Below are positions 8,700 to 17,261 of a stretch of DNA of 64,000 nucleotides, piece by piece. The position numbers and the translations under genes were made by a program. How positions within the stretch are numbered: the stretch's first letter is position 1; each line of letters begins with the position of its first letter. Source of the stretch: Planctomycetota bacterium. GTDB lineage: Bacteria > Planctomycetota > E44-bin39. The DNA lies in assembly GCA_004376375.1 (NCBI GenBank), contig SOJX01000096.1:20557-84556 (forward strand). The letters are read 5' to 3'. The notes under the pieces were generated by a model, which had not been told where the DNA came from, ran no database searches, and worked only from the letters and a program-made list of their open reading frames with translations.

Positions 8700-11276
8700 T
8701 TACCTCCCCGTCTCCTTCGGCGGCTCTTCGGGTTTTTTGTCGGCGGGTTTTTGGGATTGTTCGCCGGCTGGCTTTTCTTCGGAAGGTGTCTTTTCCTCAG
8801 GGGCCGCAGGTTTTTCGCCGCCGGCCTTTTTCTCCGGAGCTTCTTCCTCTTTTTCTTTTGGAGCGTGCTTTTCAAGCCACTTGCTTATTACATCGAATAG
8901 CTGTTTCGGCAGGCGGAGTTCCTTCACCGGCGCGGCCTCCGAGTTAATCAGCGCCTCGTTGCCGAATTCGACGGCGTTACGCGTCCAGGTCGGAGCCTGC
9001 TTCGAATCCGGCTCCGAGATAACCAGCCTTGCGTAGTACTGCCAGAGCGCGGCTGTACGTTCAGGATTCGAAGGATAGAGCTTTCGCGCGTTCTGGAGTT
9101 CCGCCACCACCGCCCGGCGGTTTATCCCGAGCCGGATAAGGTCTTCCCTGGAAAGCTTGTCAAGAGCTACATAGCCGGCAAGCGCAAATTTAAACGCATC
9201 GTAATGGAGATTCGGATTAACGCTGAAAAGCTCGTCCTTTCTTTTCTGAAGTTTTGCCATCGCAACGGCGTCATAATCGGCGTCCCACTGGACCAGAGCG
9301 TTATAGAACCGTTCGCGGTAAAAGCGAAAATCCAGCGGATTCAGATTTATGGCTCTGTCAAGCGCCGCATCCGATTTTAGAGCCAGGTCTTTCGCCTTCT
9401 TGTGGTGCAGACGCAGGGCGCTCCGGGCGAGTCGCGTGGGATTCGTCGCGTTCTTGAAAACCATGTCCGCGCGGATAAACCGCATCGTGAAGAGACCCAG
9501 CGCCGCGGTCGCCGCGATAAAAACTATTACAAGTGTATAACGCGCGCCCGTGCCAAGCGGCAGAACGAAAAAGCTCTGCGGTTTCTGGGGCGCGACCGAG
9601 ACGATCGCCAGCGCAGCGACAACAATAAAAGCAAGCTGAACGCCCAGCGAGTAAAAACTGAAATCAACCAGGTTGTGCCAGAGGAACGCGAAAAAAGCGG
9701 CAACCAGCCCGGCGGTGAGCCAGGAATCCTTGAAGAAGAATTGATAACCGGCAATGCCCTCGTCTTTGTCTTTGGGCAGCGGCTCCCTGAAAAGCCAGTT
9801 AACCGGAAGAAGGAGCAGGAAAAATATTATCAGGACCGCAAGTCCGAAGTGCGTATTCATTTCCGTAGCCGGGCTGATGAGGAAACTCGATATCAACGCG
9901 GCAAGCGCGGCGCCGACGCCGATTGATAACACTATGGCCCGGTCATTCCCGAAAATGCTCCGCGTTCGCTCCGCCGGCAGGCGCTCGTGCGGCTCGAACA
10001 CGCGCGTAATTATCGAGGCAAAGAAAAGGAAAAAGAAAAGCAGGCCCGCGGCCCCGAGCTCGGTCCAGAGCTGAATATAAGAATTATGGGTAAGGGTGGA
10101 AGTTTCCGCGCCGGGCGGTTTGTAGATCGAATAGTTGTACTGGTAGTTGCCGCCGCCGACGCCGATCAGCCCGTTTCGTTTTATCATGCGCCCGGCCGTG
10201 CTCCAGTAGCCGTGCCGGACTTTCATGGAAGCTCCCAGCCACGACCCGTCCTTGCTTTTCAGGTTTCCGATGGAAAAAACCACCAGCCCCAGGAACATCG
10301 CGCCCAGAAGGCCGTAGGCATACCAGTCCGCGTGTTTCCTGATCTTCGAGATTATCACAAGGAGCGCAAGCGTACCCAGCCCTATGGCGCAGGCAACTAT
10401 CCCGCCCTTGGAGCGGGAAAGAAGAAGGGCTGACGCGGCAAGAGCGGTGCCGATGCCGGCCGCCGAAAGCCGCACCCAGCGCCAGGTGCCGGAACCCCGC
10501 CGTCTGATTAACTCTGCAACCAGGCCGGCGCCAAGGCACACCCCCATCGCGAGCACGGTGCCCAGGACGTTGGGGTTTTTAAACCACGTATACATGTCGA
10601 ATGCGCGCGCCCGGTCGACCAGGGGCTTTGTGTATATTCCCGCGCCCGCGCGCACATCCGGGCGAAGGCAGAAGTATTCGTAGAGCCCGGCCACCGCCGC
10701 GGCGACGCACGCGGCAAAAACGAGCGCCGCGAGCGCTATACGCACGCGCCGGTCAACGCCCAGATTAACAACGAGAATAAAAACAAGGAGAAACGCCGTT
10801 GCGTGGACGGCAGTATTAAACGCCGGCAGCGCGTAATCGGCGATCGGGACCTGAATCCAGGCAACCAGCGTAAATACGGCGAGAAAAACACCGCTGAGTA
10901 CGCCCGTTTTCAGCAGGCGAATCTCGCGCCGCATAAAGAAAAAAAGGCTCCACAGCGCGGCAGCGACCAGAAGCACAAGGCTTAGCAGGAGGTTTATCGA
11001 AGACAACTGGGGTTTCGTGCCCGTCTCGCTGTAAAATCCCGTTGTAGAATCGAGAATAAGGCTTGAGTGAAAAAACCGCAGAACAAAACCGAAGGCGAGC
11101 ACAACGAGCACGAGCACCAGCAGCCAGCTCTCGGCCTTTGTCTTTACCTCGGCCTGCCCGGCATCGGAGACCGCGGTTGACTTCTTCTGCATCGCATCCG
11201 GCACTGGTGCGGCAGCGTCTGCGTCCCGGCGCTTTTTCTTTTTGCCTTTCTGCCGTTTTCCCCGTTTCCTGGCCAT
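8700..11276 (-). CDS. Polytopic membrane protein of the O-antigen ligase (Wzy_C) family with a C-terminal TPR-like soluble domain
   Basis: 858 aa with more than 10 predicted transmembrane helices. HNSYIQLWTELG matches the Wzy_C/WaaL H-N-x-Y...E signature. The C-terminal ~280 aa are helical-repeat-like with a lysine-rich tail. Confidence 0.6.
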   Translation of the reverse strand: MARKRGKRQKGKKKKRRDADAAAPVPDAMQKKSTAVSDAGQAEVKTKAESWLLVLVLVVLAFGFVLRFFHSSLILDSTTGFYSETGTKPQLSSINLLLSLVLLVAAALWSLFFFMRREIRLLKTGVLSGVFLAVFTLVAWIQVPIADYALPAFNTAVHATAFLLVFILVVNLGVDRRVRIALAALVFAACVAAAVAGLYEYFCLRPDVRAGAGIYTKPLVDRARAFDMYTWFKNPNVLGTVLAMGVCLGAGLVAELIRRRGSGTWRWVRLSAAGIGTALAASALLLSRSKGGIVACAIGLGTLALLVIISKIRKHADWYAYGLLGAMFLGLVVFSIGNLKSKDGSWLGASMKVRHGYWSTAGRMIKRNGLIGVGGGNYQYNYSIYKPPGAETSTLTHNSYIQLWTELGAAGLLFFFLFFASIITRVFEPHERLPAERTRSIFGNDRAIVLSIGVGAALAALISSFLISPATEMNTHFGLAVLIIFFLLLLPVNWLFREPLPKDKDEGIAGYQFFFKDSWLTAGLVAAFFAFLWHNLVDFSFYSLGVQLAFIVVAALAIVSVAPQKPQSFFVLPLGTGARYTLVIVFIAATAALGLFTMRFIRADMVFKNATNPTRLARSALRLHHKKAKDLALKSDAALDRAINLNPLDFRFYRERFYNALVQWDADYDAVAMAKLQKRKDELFSVNPNLHYDAFKFALAGYVALDKLSREDLIRLGINRRAVVAELQNARKLYPSNPERTAALWQYYARLVISEPDSKQAPTWTRNAVEFGNEALINSEAAPVKELRLPKQLFDVISKWLEKHAPKEKEEEAPEKKAGGEKPAAPEEKTPSEEKPAGEQSQKPADKKPEEPPKETGR

Positions 11277-11285
11277 GGTGTCTTT

Positions 11286-11864
11286 CTAACCGGGCTCGAA
11301 CTTACCCTTCAGGAAGTTTGATAACAGATCCCTGCCGACCTCAGTCAGAAACGATTCGGGATGAAACTGGAAGCCTTCGACCGGCAGCGTCCTGTGGCGG
11401 ATTCCCATAAGCTCGTCCCGGTCGGTCCATGCGGTTTTGACAAGCTCGTCCGGCAGCGAGTCCTCTTTAACGATAAGCGAATGGTAGCGCATTGCACGGA
11501 ACGGGCTCTTAATGCCGGAAAAGAGCGAGCGCCCGTCGTGATGAATCATCGATGTCTTGCCGTGCATGAGCCTGTCCGCGCGCACCACCTTCGCGCCCAG
11601 TACGTGCGCAATGCACTGGTGCCCCAGGCAGACGCCGAGTATCGGCAGTTCTCCAATAAACGCTTCGATAATCTCATTCGCATTACCGGTCTCGAGCGGT
11701 GTACAGGGGCCGGGCGAAATAACGAGATGCGTCGGACTCAGCTTCCCGACCTCGCCCGGGGTTATGCGGTCATTGCGCCTGACCACGACTTCCGCGCCCA
11801 GTGTGCCGAAGGCCTGCACGAGGTTATAGGTGAAGGAATCGTAATTATCGATTGTGAGAATCAC
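11286..11864 (-). CDS. Class I glutamine amidotransferase, anthranilate/aminodeoxychorismate synthase component II (TrpG/PabA type)
   Basis: 192 aa with MILTIDNYDSFTYNLVQ, LGVCLGHQ (catalytic Cys) and FHPES blocks typical of TrpG/PabA. Confidence 0.8.
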   Translation of the reverse strand: MILTIDNYDSFTYNLVQAFGTLGAEVVVRRNDRITPGEVGKLSPTHLVISPGPCTPLETGNANEIIEAFIGELPILGVCLGHQCIAHVLGAKVVRADRLMHGKTSMIHHDGRSLFSGIKSPFRAMRYHSLIVKEDSLPDELVKTAWTDRDELMGIRHRTLPVEGFQFHPESFLTEVGRDLLSNFLKGKFEPG

Positions 11865-11954
11865 GGTATTCAGCGGCTCGAAAACAGGTGGAATATTATC
11901 AGAACCGACACGCTAACACACCGTTACATCGAATTCAAGCGAAAATTCATCGCC

Positions 11955-12135
11955 GGAAGCACCACGCCGGAAGGCGTGGTGAACGCCCGGAAGCACCACG
12001 CCGGAAGGCGTGGTGAACGGCAAGGGATCGGGGACATGAAGAATCCGGGACATGTACTTGTTACGTGTCCCGGGATTTTTTCCACGGGGACATGTATCCG
12101 ATTTCGCCTGCGAAATCAGTACGTGTCCCCGGAAG
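11955..12135. repeat. Cluster of GC-rich palindromic repeat units upstream of the island
   Basis: Tandem ggaagcaccacgccggaaggcgtggtgaacg x2, then gggacatgta...tacgtgtccc palindromes. Related to the units at 13130-13250. Confidence 0.6.
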
Positions 12136-12150
12136 GCCGAATAGTAAATA

Positions 12151-12185
12151 TCGCATAAAACAATATTAAATTAGGAACCGTCCCC
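12151..12185. repeat. Left terminal inverted repeat of the AT-rich island
   Basis: atcgcataaa...aaattaggaaccgtcccc. Its reverse complement occurs at 12953-12987. Confidence 0.75.
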
Positions 12186-12408
12186 AGAGATTCAAGTTTA
12201 CATGCGGGATGTAACGATTATAGAAGTATAAACGTTGCGCACTCGAACAATATCATGCACGGATCGATTTGGTTTATAATGATCACGGTGCGAATAGGTG
12301 TCTGTAATGCACGCGCGATTTGCTCTTTTGATAAGAGGTGGTATACTATGGAAAATTTTATGGACACCCTCCTTGAAACACTCGGTTATAGGTATCCCAT
12401 ATTTCTTC

Positions 12409-12925
12409 CTATTTCTTTAAAATTATTTCTTCAGTGTTATTTTTGGGCGACAAGAAATATATATTTTGACTTTCATTATAATATAACTTCTTAATGTCTT
12501 CATTAATAATTAAGTCAAAATCAACCCGAAGATTAGTTATTCCTTTTTTTGCAATACCCTTTACTCCTTCATTGTTGTCATTTGCAAAGCTCATCAACGC
12601 GACTATTTTGAATTTGTGTCTTATATTTGTGATATCTCGAATGGCTTCTACTCGCACAGGAACAGATTTATCAAATCTTAGCGAAGTTAACAAATCGAGC
12701 TTTTTCTTGGGGTCCTCTTCGATTTTCATTATTGCCCTAAGCGCACGTAACCTTAGTTTGTATTCCCTAGAGAGCAAATACTTTCTTATGGTTTTATCAT
12801 CCTCCTTGTCTATTGCGCGCCCAAGCATTTTGCCTTGTATGAATTCTGTATTATAAAAAACGTACCCACTGCACAGCACAACCACAAATAACACTATTAA
12901 TAATAATGTATATCTCTTTTTCATG
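12409..12925 (-). CDS. Cargo ORF of the AT-rich island: N-terminal membrane anchor followed by HEAT/ARM-like helical repeats; function unknown
   Basis: ATG at 12925 with AGGAGA RBS. About 30% GC versus more than 60% in flanking DNA. MKKRYTLLLIVLFVVVL anchor. Confidence 0.5.
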
Positions 12926-12952
12926 CTTTCTCCTCTACTTCTCAAATTCAGG

Positions 12953-12987
12953 GGACGGTTCCTAATTTATTATTGATTTATGCGATT
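12953..12987. repeat. Right terminal inverted repeat of the AT-rich island
   Basis: ggggacggttcctaattt is the perfect reverse complement of 12168-12185. tttatgcgat matches atcgcataaa. Confidence 0.75.
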
Positions 12988-13129
12988 TATTGTGTTATAT
13001 TCCGGGGACTGGAGGTTTTTTGCCAAGGTTTGCCAGAATCATCGTACCCGGTGTTCCTCACCACATTATACAACGCGGCAACCGCCGCCAAAAGACATTT
13101 TTCAGAGAATCCGAGTAAGCTTCAGGGGA

Positions 13130-13250
13130 CACATACCAATTTCGGTAAGCGCGGCACTCTTGCCCCGTGTTTTTATATTGCCCGACAGGAGTGTCGGGGC
13201 TTCCGGGGACACGTACCGATTTCACAAGTGAAATCGGATACATGTCTCCG
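13130..13250. repeat. GC-rich palindromic repeat units (REP hairpin and ggggacacgtaccgatttcac-aa-gtgaaatcggatacatgtctcc) downstream of the island
   Basis: Near-identical, in inverted orientation, to the unit at 12086-12132. Confidence 0.6.
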
Positions 13251-13475
13251 TCTTCACCCGGAAATCGCTTGCAAGGGGGCGAAGGTGGGAGTAGAATTAA
13301 CCAGGAACTGTAAGGCGTAACAAGTGTATTAAAAACAGGGCATTTGGAGCATGTTATTTTGAAGGAAAAAGCCTGAATTCACGTCTTATTATGGGTAGCT
13401 TTTAAGTAGATGTCTTTGTAATCTAGGTATATATACAGTCCGGTCGTCAACATCTTCTAAACGAGGGATAGTAAT

Positions 13476-14870
13476 ATGATTCGCAAACTCCTCCTTTCCG
13501 CATGCATACTTGCGATTGCTCTTGCCTTTTTGCCGCTTGCGCAGGCCAAACTCAGCTCGGCCGAATGGAAGAAAGCCAAGAGCAACCTTGACAAGCTGCT
13601 GAGGGCGGGCGAGGCAGGTAAAGCCCAACTCCCCGACGCGATAAGAAAAGTAGCCGACGACAATTCAGACCGCGCAGTCAAACTGCTGCTCACAGTCGGG
13701 CTGAGGGTTGAAGACTCCGCGGTATATGAAGCGACAAAGTCCGCGCTCTCCTCGATAACGGACCCCAAGGGAATGAAGGCTATCCGCAAGGAGCTCGAGC
13801 GCAAGAGCGACAAGAACTGGCGGATAAAGGTAATACTCGTCGAAGTCGTCGCCCGCATGCTGGGACGCGAGAAAATCAGGATAATATCCGACATCGCCGC
13901 GAACGAGACCAAGCAGGAAGTGCTTCGCGCGGTAATAAGGGCATGCAGAATCATCGACACCAAGGAAGTGATTTCCCCGCTGATCGAGCTGGTGAGGCGT
14001 TTCGAGAAGCTCAAAGGCAGCGTATGGATGGACTCCCGCGACGCGCTGTTCGCCATCACGGGCGGCGAAGATTTCGACTGCGCCGCAGACTGGAAACAGT
14101 GGTGGGACGGCGAGAAGGCAACCTGGAAAAAACCAAGCGAGGAAGATAAGGAAAAAGAAGAATCGGGCGCAAAAGGGGAGTCAGAGGGTTACAGGACGTC
14201 CCCGCGCAAGGCGCCGAGATTTTTCGGCACCGAAGTCACTTCAAAGCTTGTCGTTTTCGTGCTCGATACATCCGGCTCGATGAAGATCAAAGACCCCGGT
14301 GAAAACCCCGAAGATGAAGATGAAAAACCCGACACGCGAACAACCGCGGACCCGAAAAAGAAAAAGCAAAGCGGAGGCGGCGGCAAGGCGGGGAAGCAGA
14401 AACTGCCCGACCACCGGATGAGGGTAAAACGCGCCCAGAAAGAACTTATTAAGTGCATAAAAGCCCTGGATCCCAACGTGGAATTCAACATAGTTACCTA
14501 CGACTCAACCACAACTACATGGAGCAGGTCTGGCCTCAAGGTCGCGAGCGCTGCAAACAAGAAAGACGCTATCAAATACGTCAAGAACTTTCAGCCCAAA
14601 GCCACGACCCACACCGATGACGCCATCATCCGCGCGTTCAAGGAAAACCCGAAGGCCGACACCCTGATTTTGCTCTCCGACGGCTGGCCGACCCACAAAG
14701 GCGATAACAGCGACTGCAAGGAGATTATCGACCGCATCTGGAAGTTTCTGGCAAAAGCCAACAAGTTCCGCCGCGTCAGAATATTCACATTCGGCTTTGT
14801 AGACGCCCACCGCGCATTCATGGTGGAGCTGGCACGCAAGAACGGCGGCAAGTACAAAGATATCAAGTAG
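13476..14870 (+). CDS. Secreted protein with N-terminal HEAT-like repeats and a C-terminal von Willebrand factor A (vWA) domain
   Basis: Signal peptide. VVFVLDTSGSM MIDAS motif (DxSGS). 464 aa. Confidence 0.65.
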   Translation: MIRKLLLSACILAIALAFLPLAQAKLSSAEWKKAKSNLDKLLRAGEAGKAQLPDAIRKVADDNSDRAVKLLLTVGLRVEDSAVYEATKSALSSITDPKGMKAIRKELERKSDKNWRIKVILVEVVARMLGREKIRIISDIAANETKQEVLRAVIRACRIIDTKEVISPLIELVRRFEKLKGSVWMDSRDALFAITGGEDFDCAADWKQWWDGEKATWKKPSEEDKEKEESGAKGESEGYRTSPRKAPRFFGTEVTSKLVVFVLDTSGSMKIKDPGENPEDEDEKPDTRTTADPKKKKQSGGGGKAGKQKLPDHRMRVKRAQKELIKCIKALDPNVEFNIVTYDSTTTTWSRSGLKVASAANKKDAIKYVKNFQPKATTHTDDAIIRAFKENPKADTLILLSDGWPTHKGDNSDCKEIIDRIWKFLAKANKFRRVRIFTFGFVDAHRAFMVELARKNGGKYKDIK

Positions 14871-15014
14871 TTATCGCCCCGGGCCCGAAATGTAACGTTT
14901 ATGTAATACCTTCAAAGGCGGCATTTTTCACTACATTATTCCCCTTTTTAATCGTATAATTCCTAGAGGGAAAAGGTAAATATCTGCCGTATTCGAATAT
15001 CAAGGAGATATAAA

Positions 15015-15746
15015 ATGCGCGTACAAAAAAACCTCCAGTTTCTGCTTGGAGTAGCTATCCTTGCAATGGGCATAGTTCTTCTTATGACCCCATGCGCAAC
15101 AGGGTGAGGCGGCGGTGGAGCCCGGCGTCCGCCGTCGCGGCCGCCAGTAAGCCCGCCTCCAGGAGGAGGAGGACAACCCAGCAGCACACCCGACAGTCAA
15201 TGGCCCGAACCTGACCACGCACCACCGCCATCCACCGACGAAGACAAAAGTGGTGACAAAAGCGACGAAGGCGGTTCGAAAAGCAAAGTAACAAAGAAAC
15301 CCAAGGTGACCATCTTCGACGAGTTCGAAGGACTTGACAGCAAACGCGAAGATAAGCCCGTCATTTTCTTCTTCTACATCGAGGCCACGTCGCAGAAAGA
15401 CCGCAGCAAGCCGGTGCTGAATTCTCAACAGATGGCCAGGATGCTTGCGCACCCGAAAGTTTCCAATCAATTGAGCGAGTTCAGCTGCTACCGGCGCAAT
15501 TACAAAAAGACCAAGAAGGCCATTCGTAAGAAGTACAAGGTCAAGACCGCGCCGATGCTTGTCGTATTCGACGCCACCGGCAAGGTGATCTTCAGGACTA
15601 CGAGCTTCAAGATCAAGCCTGAAAGACTGGTGGCAACGCTCAAGAAGCTGGTCAAGAAATCTGAAAAGAATCTTGAGAAGTTCCAGAAGAAGCGCGAAAA
15701 GGATGAAGAAAAAGCTGCAAAAAAAGCTGAGAAAGAAAACGAATAA
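15015..15746 (+). CDS. Trx-fold paralog 0: signal peptide, in-frame TGA (15105-15107), Gly/Pro linker, thioredoxin-like domain, Lys-rich tail
   Basis: ATG at 15015 after GGAGA. MRVQKNLQFLLGVAILAMGIVLLMTPCATG-[TGA]-GGGGARRPPSRPP... continues in frame into the table ORF 15306..15746. Confidence 0.5.
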
Positions 15747-15772
15747 CAATTTACGACCCGACTGAACTAATG

Positions 15773-15805
15773 CTGAGCCCGGTCAAAGCCGGGCTCAGTT
15801 TCTTT
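15773..15805 (+). terminator. Rho-independent terminator after paralog 0
   Basis: ctgagcccggtcaaagccgggctcag hairpin followed by a T-rich run. Confidence 0.6.
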
Positions 15806-16009
15806 AATTGCCTTTTACATTACACAATCTGATTCTTCCACATAACTTACTGAGGTCAGCATAGATATACGCGCTGCTTCATTCCGTTGCCCCAGGCGTG
15901 AAAAGCCGGACTGGAAAGTCTGTCTATTTATGCCCTAAATGTCCTTTTACCGGCGCAATACAATAACTGTCACGTTTTTGTAATAATTGGATACAAATGT
16001 AATTCAAGC

Positions 16010-16038
16010 TTGTCATAGCAGAATTTCCGGGATATAAT
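16010..16038 (+). promoter_or_regulatory. Sigma70-like promoter of paralog 1 (TTGTCA-17-TATAAT)
   Basis: TTGTCA at 16010-16015, TATAAT at 16033-16038. Conserved TTTTGTAATAA box 24 nt upstream (15976-15986). Confidence 0.5.
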
Positions 16039-16129
16039 AGGAACAGATAAGGGAAGAAAGGTGTAAGGTTATATAGATGGTTTGATCTATGGCTCCGTTC
16101 GCCGAAGAACGGCCATGGAGGGAGGACCA

Positions 16130-17017
16130 ATGCAACGCACACTAGTTTTATTTATCGCGGCCCTGGCCATCACTGTTATGGCCCTGGACCTTCCCGCATA
16201 TTGCTGAGGTGGCGGAGGAGGATCGCGACCGCCGGCGCGGCCGCCAGCAAGACCGCCGACTCCACCTCCGGCACCGCCTCCGCGTCCGCCGAGTACGCCA
16301 CCGCCGAGCACACCGAGACCGCCGAGTACGCCACCGCCGAGCACGCCGACTCCGCCGAGGACGCCGACTCCGCCTCCAAGGCTGTCGACGCCTATTCCGC
16401 CAAGAGCTCCTGTAACGCTCGGCTGGCCGGAAGCGAAGCCGGTAGCGAACCCGACGCCGAAGAACGAGCCGACCATTACCGGCCGCGGCATCTTCGGTAA
16501 AAAGGACGGCAAAGCGGGAAAAGCGGAAAAATCGGCGAACAAGGTTATCGTCAAAAAGAAGGTGAAAATAACCTGCTTCGACGACTTCGACGCGCTGAAG
16601 GGCAAGGAAGAGAACAAGCCGGTCGTCATTTTCGTGTACTGGCCCGACAGGACCGACGACGCCGGCCGCACCTCAAAGCTCTATGCAAACTGCCAGAAGA
16701 TGATTGAAGTCCTTGCCAACGCGGACGTGCAATCCGCGCTGAGACAGTGTCAGTGCTACAAAGTGAATTTCCAGGGGCTTGACAAATCGCGCCGCAAACG
16801 TTACGGCGTGAAATCCGTACCGACGCTGCTCTTCATCGACGCAACCGGCAAGGTTCTCAAGAGACTTACATCACCGCGGATAAAACCCGCGAGCCTGGTT
16901 CGGCTGATACTGACCGTCGTCAAGAAGTCGGACAAGAACATGGAGAAGCTCGAGAAGAAGCGCGAAAGAGCCGCGGAAAAGGCAGCGGAAAAGGCAGCGG
17001 AAAAGGAGCGATCTTAG
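16130..17017 (+). CDS. Trx-fold paralog 1 with in-frame TGA at 16205-16207
   Basis: GGAGGGAGG RBS. MQRTLVLFIAALAITVMALDLPAYC-[TGA]-GGGGGSRPPARPP... No in-frame ATG for 357 nt after the TGA, yet that stretch is conserved at protein level with the other copies. In frame with table ORF 16562..17017. Confidence 0.55.
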
Positions 17018-17065
17018 CGCCGACACTCGGCGGCCTCTGAACAGGCTGCAACTTTACCGGAACCG

Positions 17066-17097
17066 AAAGCCCGGGATTTATCCCGGGCTTTATTTTT
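17066..17097 (+). terminator. Rho-independent terminator after paralog 1
   Basis: aaagcccgggatttatcccgggcttt followed by ATTTTTGG. Confidence 0.65.
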
Positions 17098-17177
17098 GGC
17101 CTCTCCAAGGCCCGAAAATCGCATTATTTGCCTTGTGTAACAGTTTTGTAATAACAGATAATACTGCCCTAACTTAC

Positions 17178-17206
17178 TTGCATCCCGGCCCGCCATGTCT
17201 TAAAAT
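17178..17206 (+). promoter_or_regulatory. Sigma70-like promoter of paralog 2 (TTGCAT-17-TAAAAT)
   Basis: TTGCAT at 17178-17183, TAAAAT at 17201-17206. TTTTGTAATAA box at 17144-17154. Confidence 0.5.
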
Positions 17207-17261
17207 ACAGTGACAGCTAAAAGGTATATTACGAACCAGAGTCCGATAAGAAGGAGAACTT

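Noticed and set aside
12086-12132. A transposase or IS element as the source of the inverted repeats at 12.1-13.0 kb
   Set aside because: No transposase-like ORF lies between or beside the repeats. The only enclosed ORF is a HEAT-like membrane protein, so the element is described as a TIR-bounded cargo island and not an IS.
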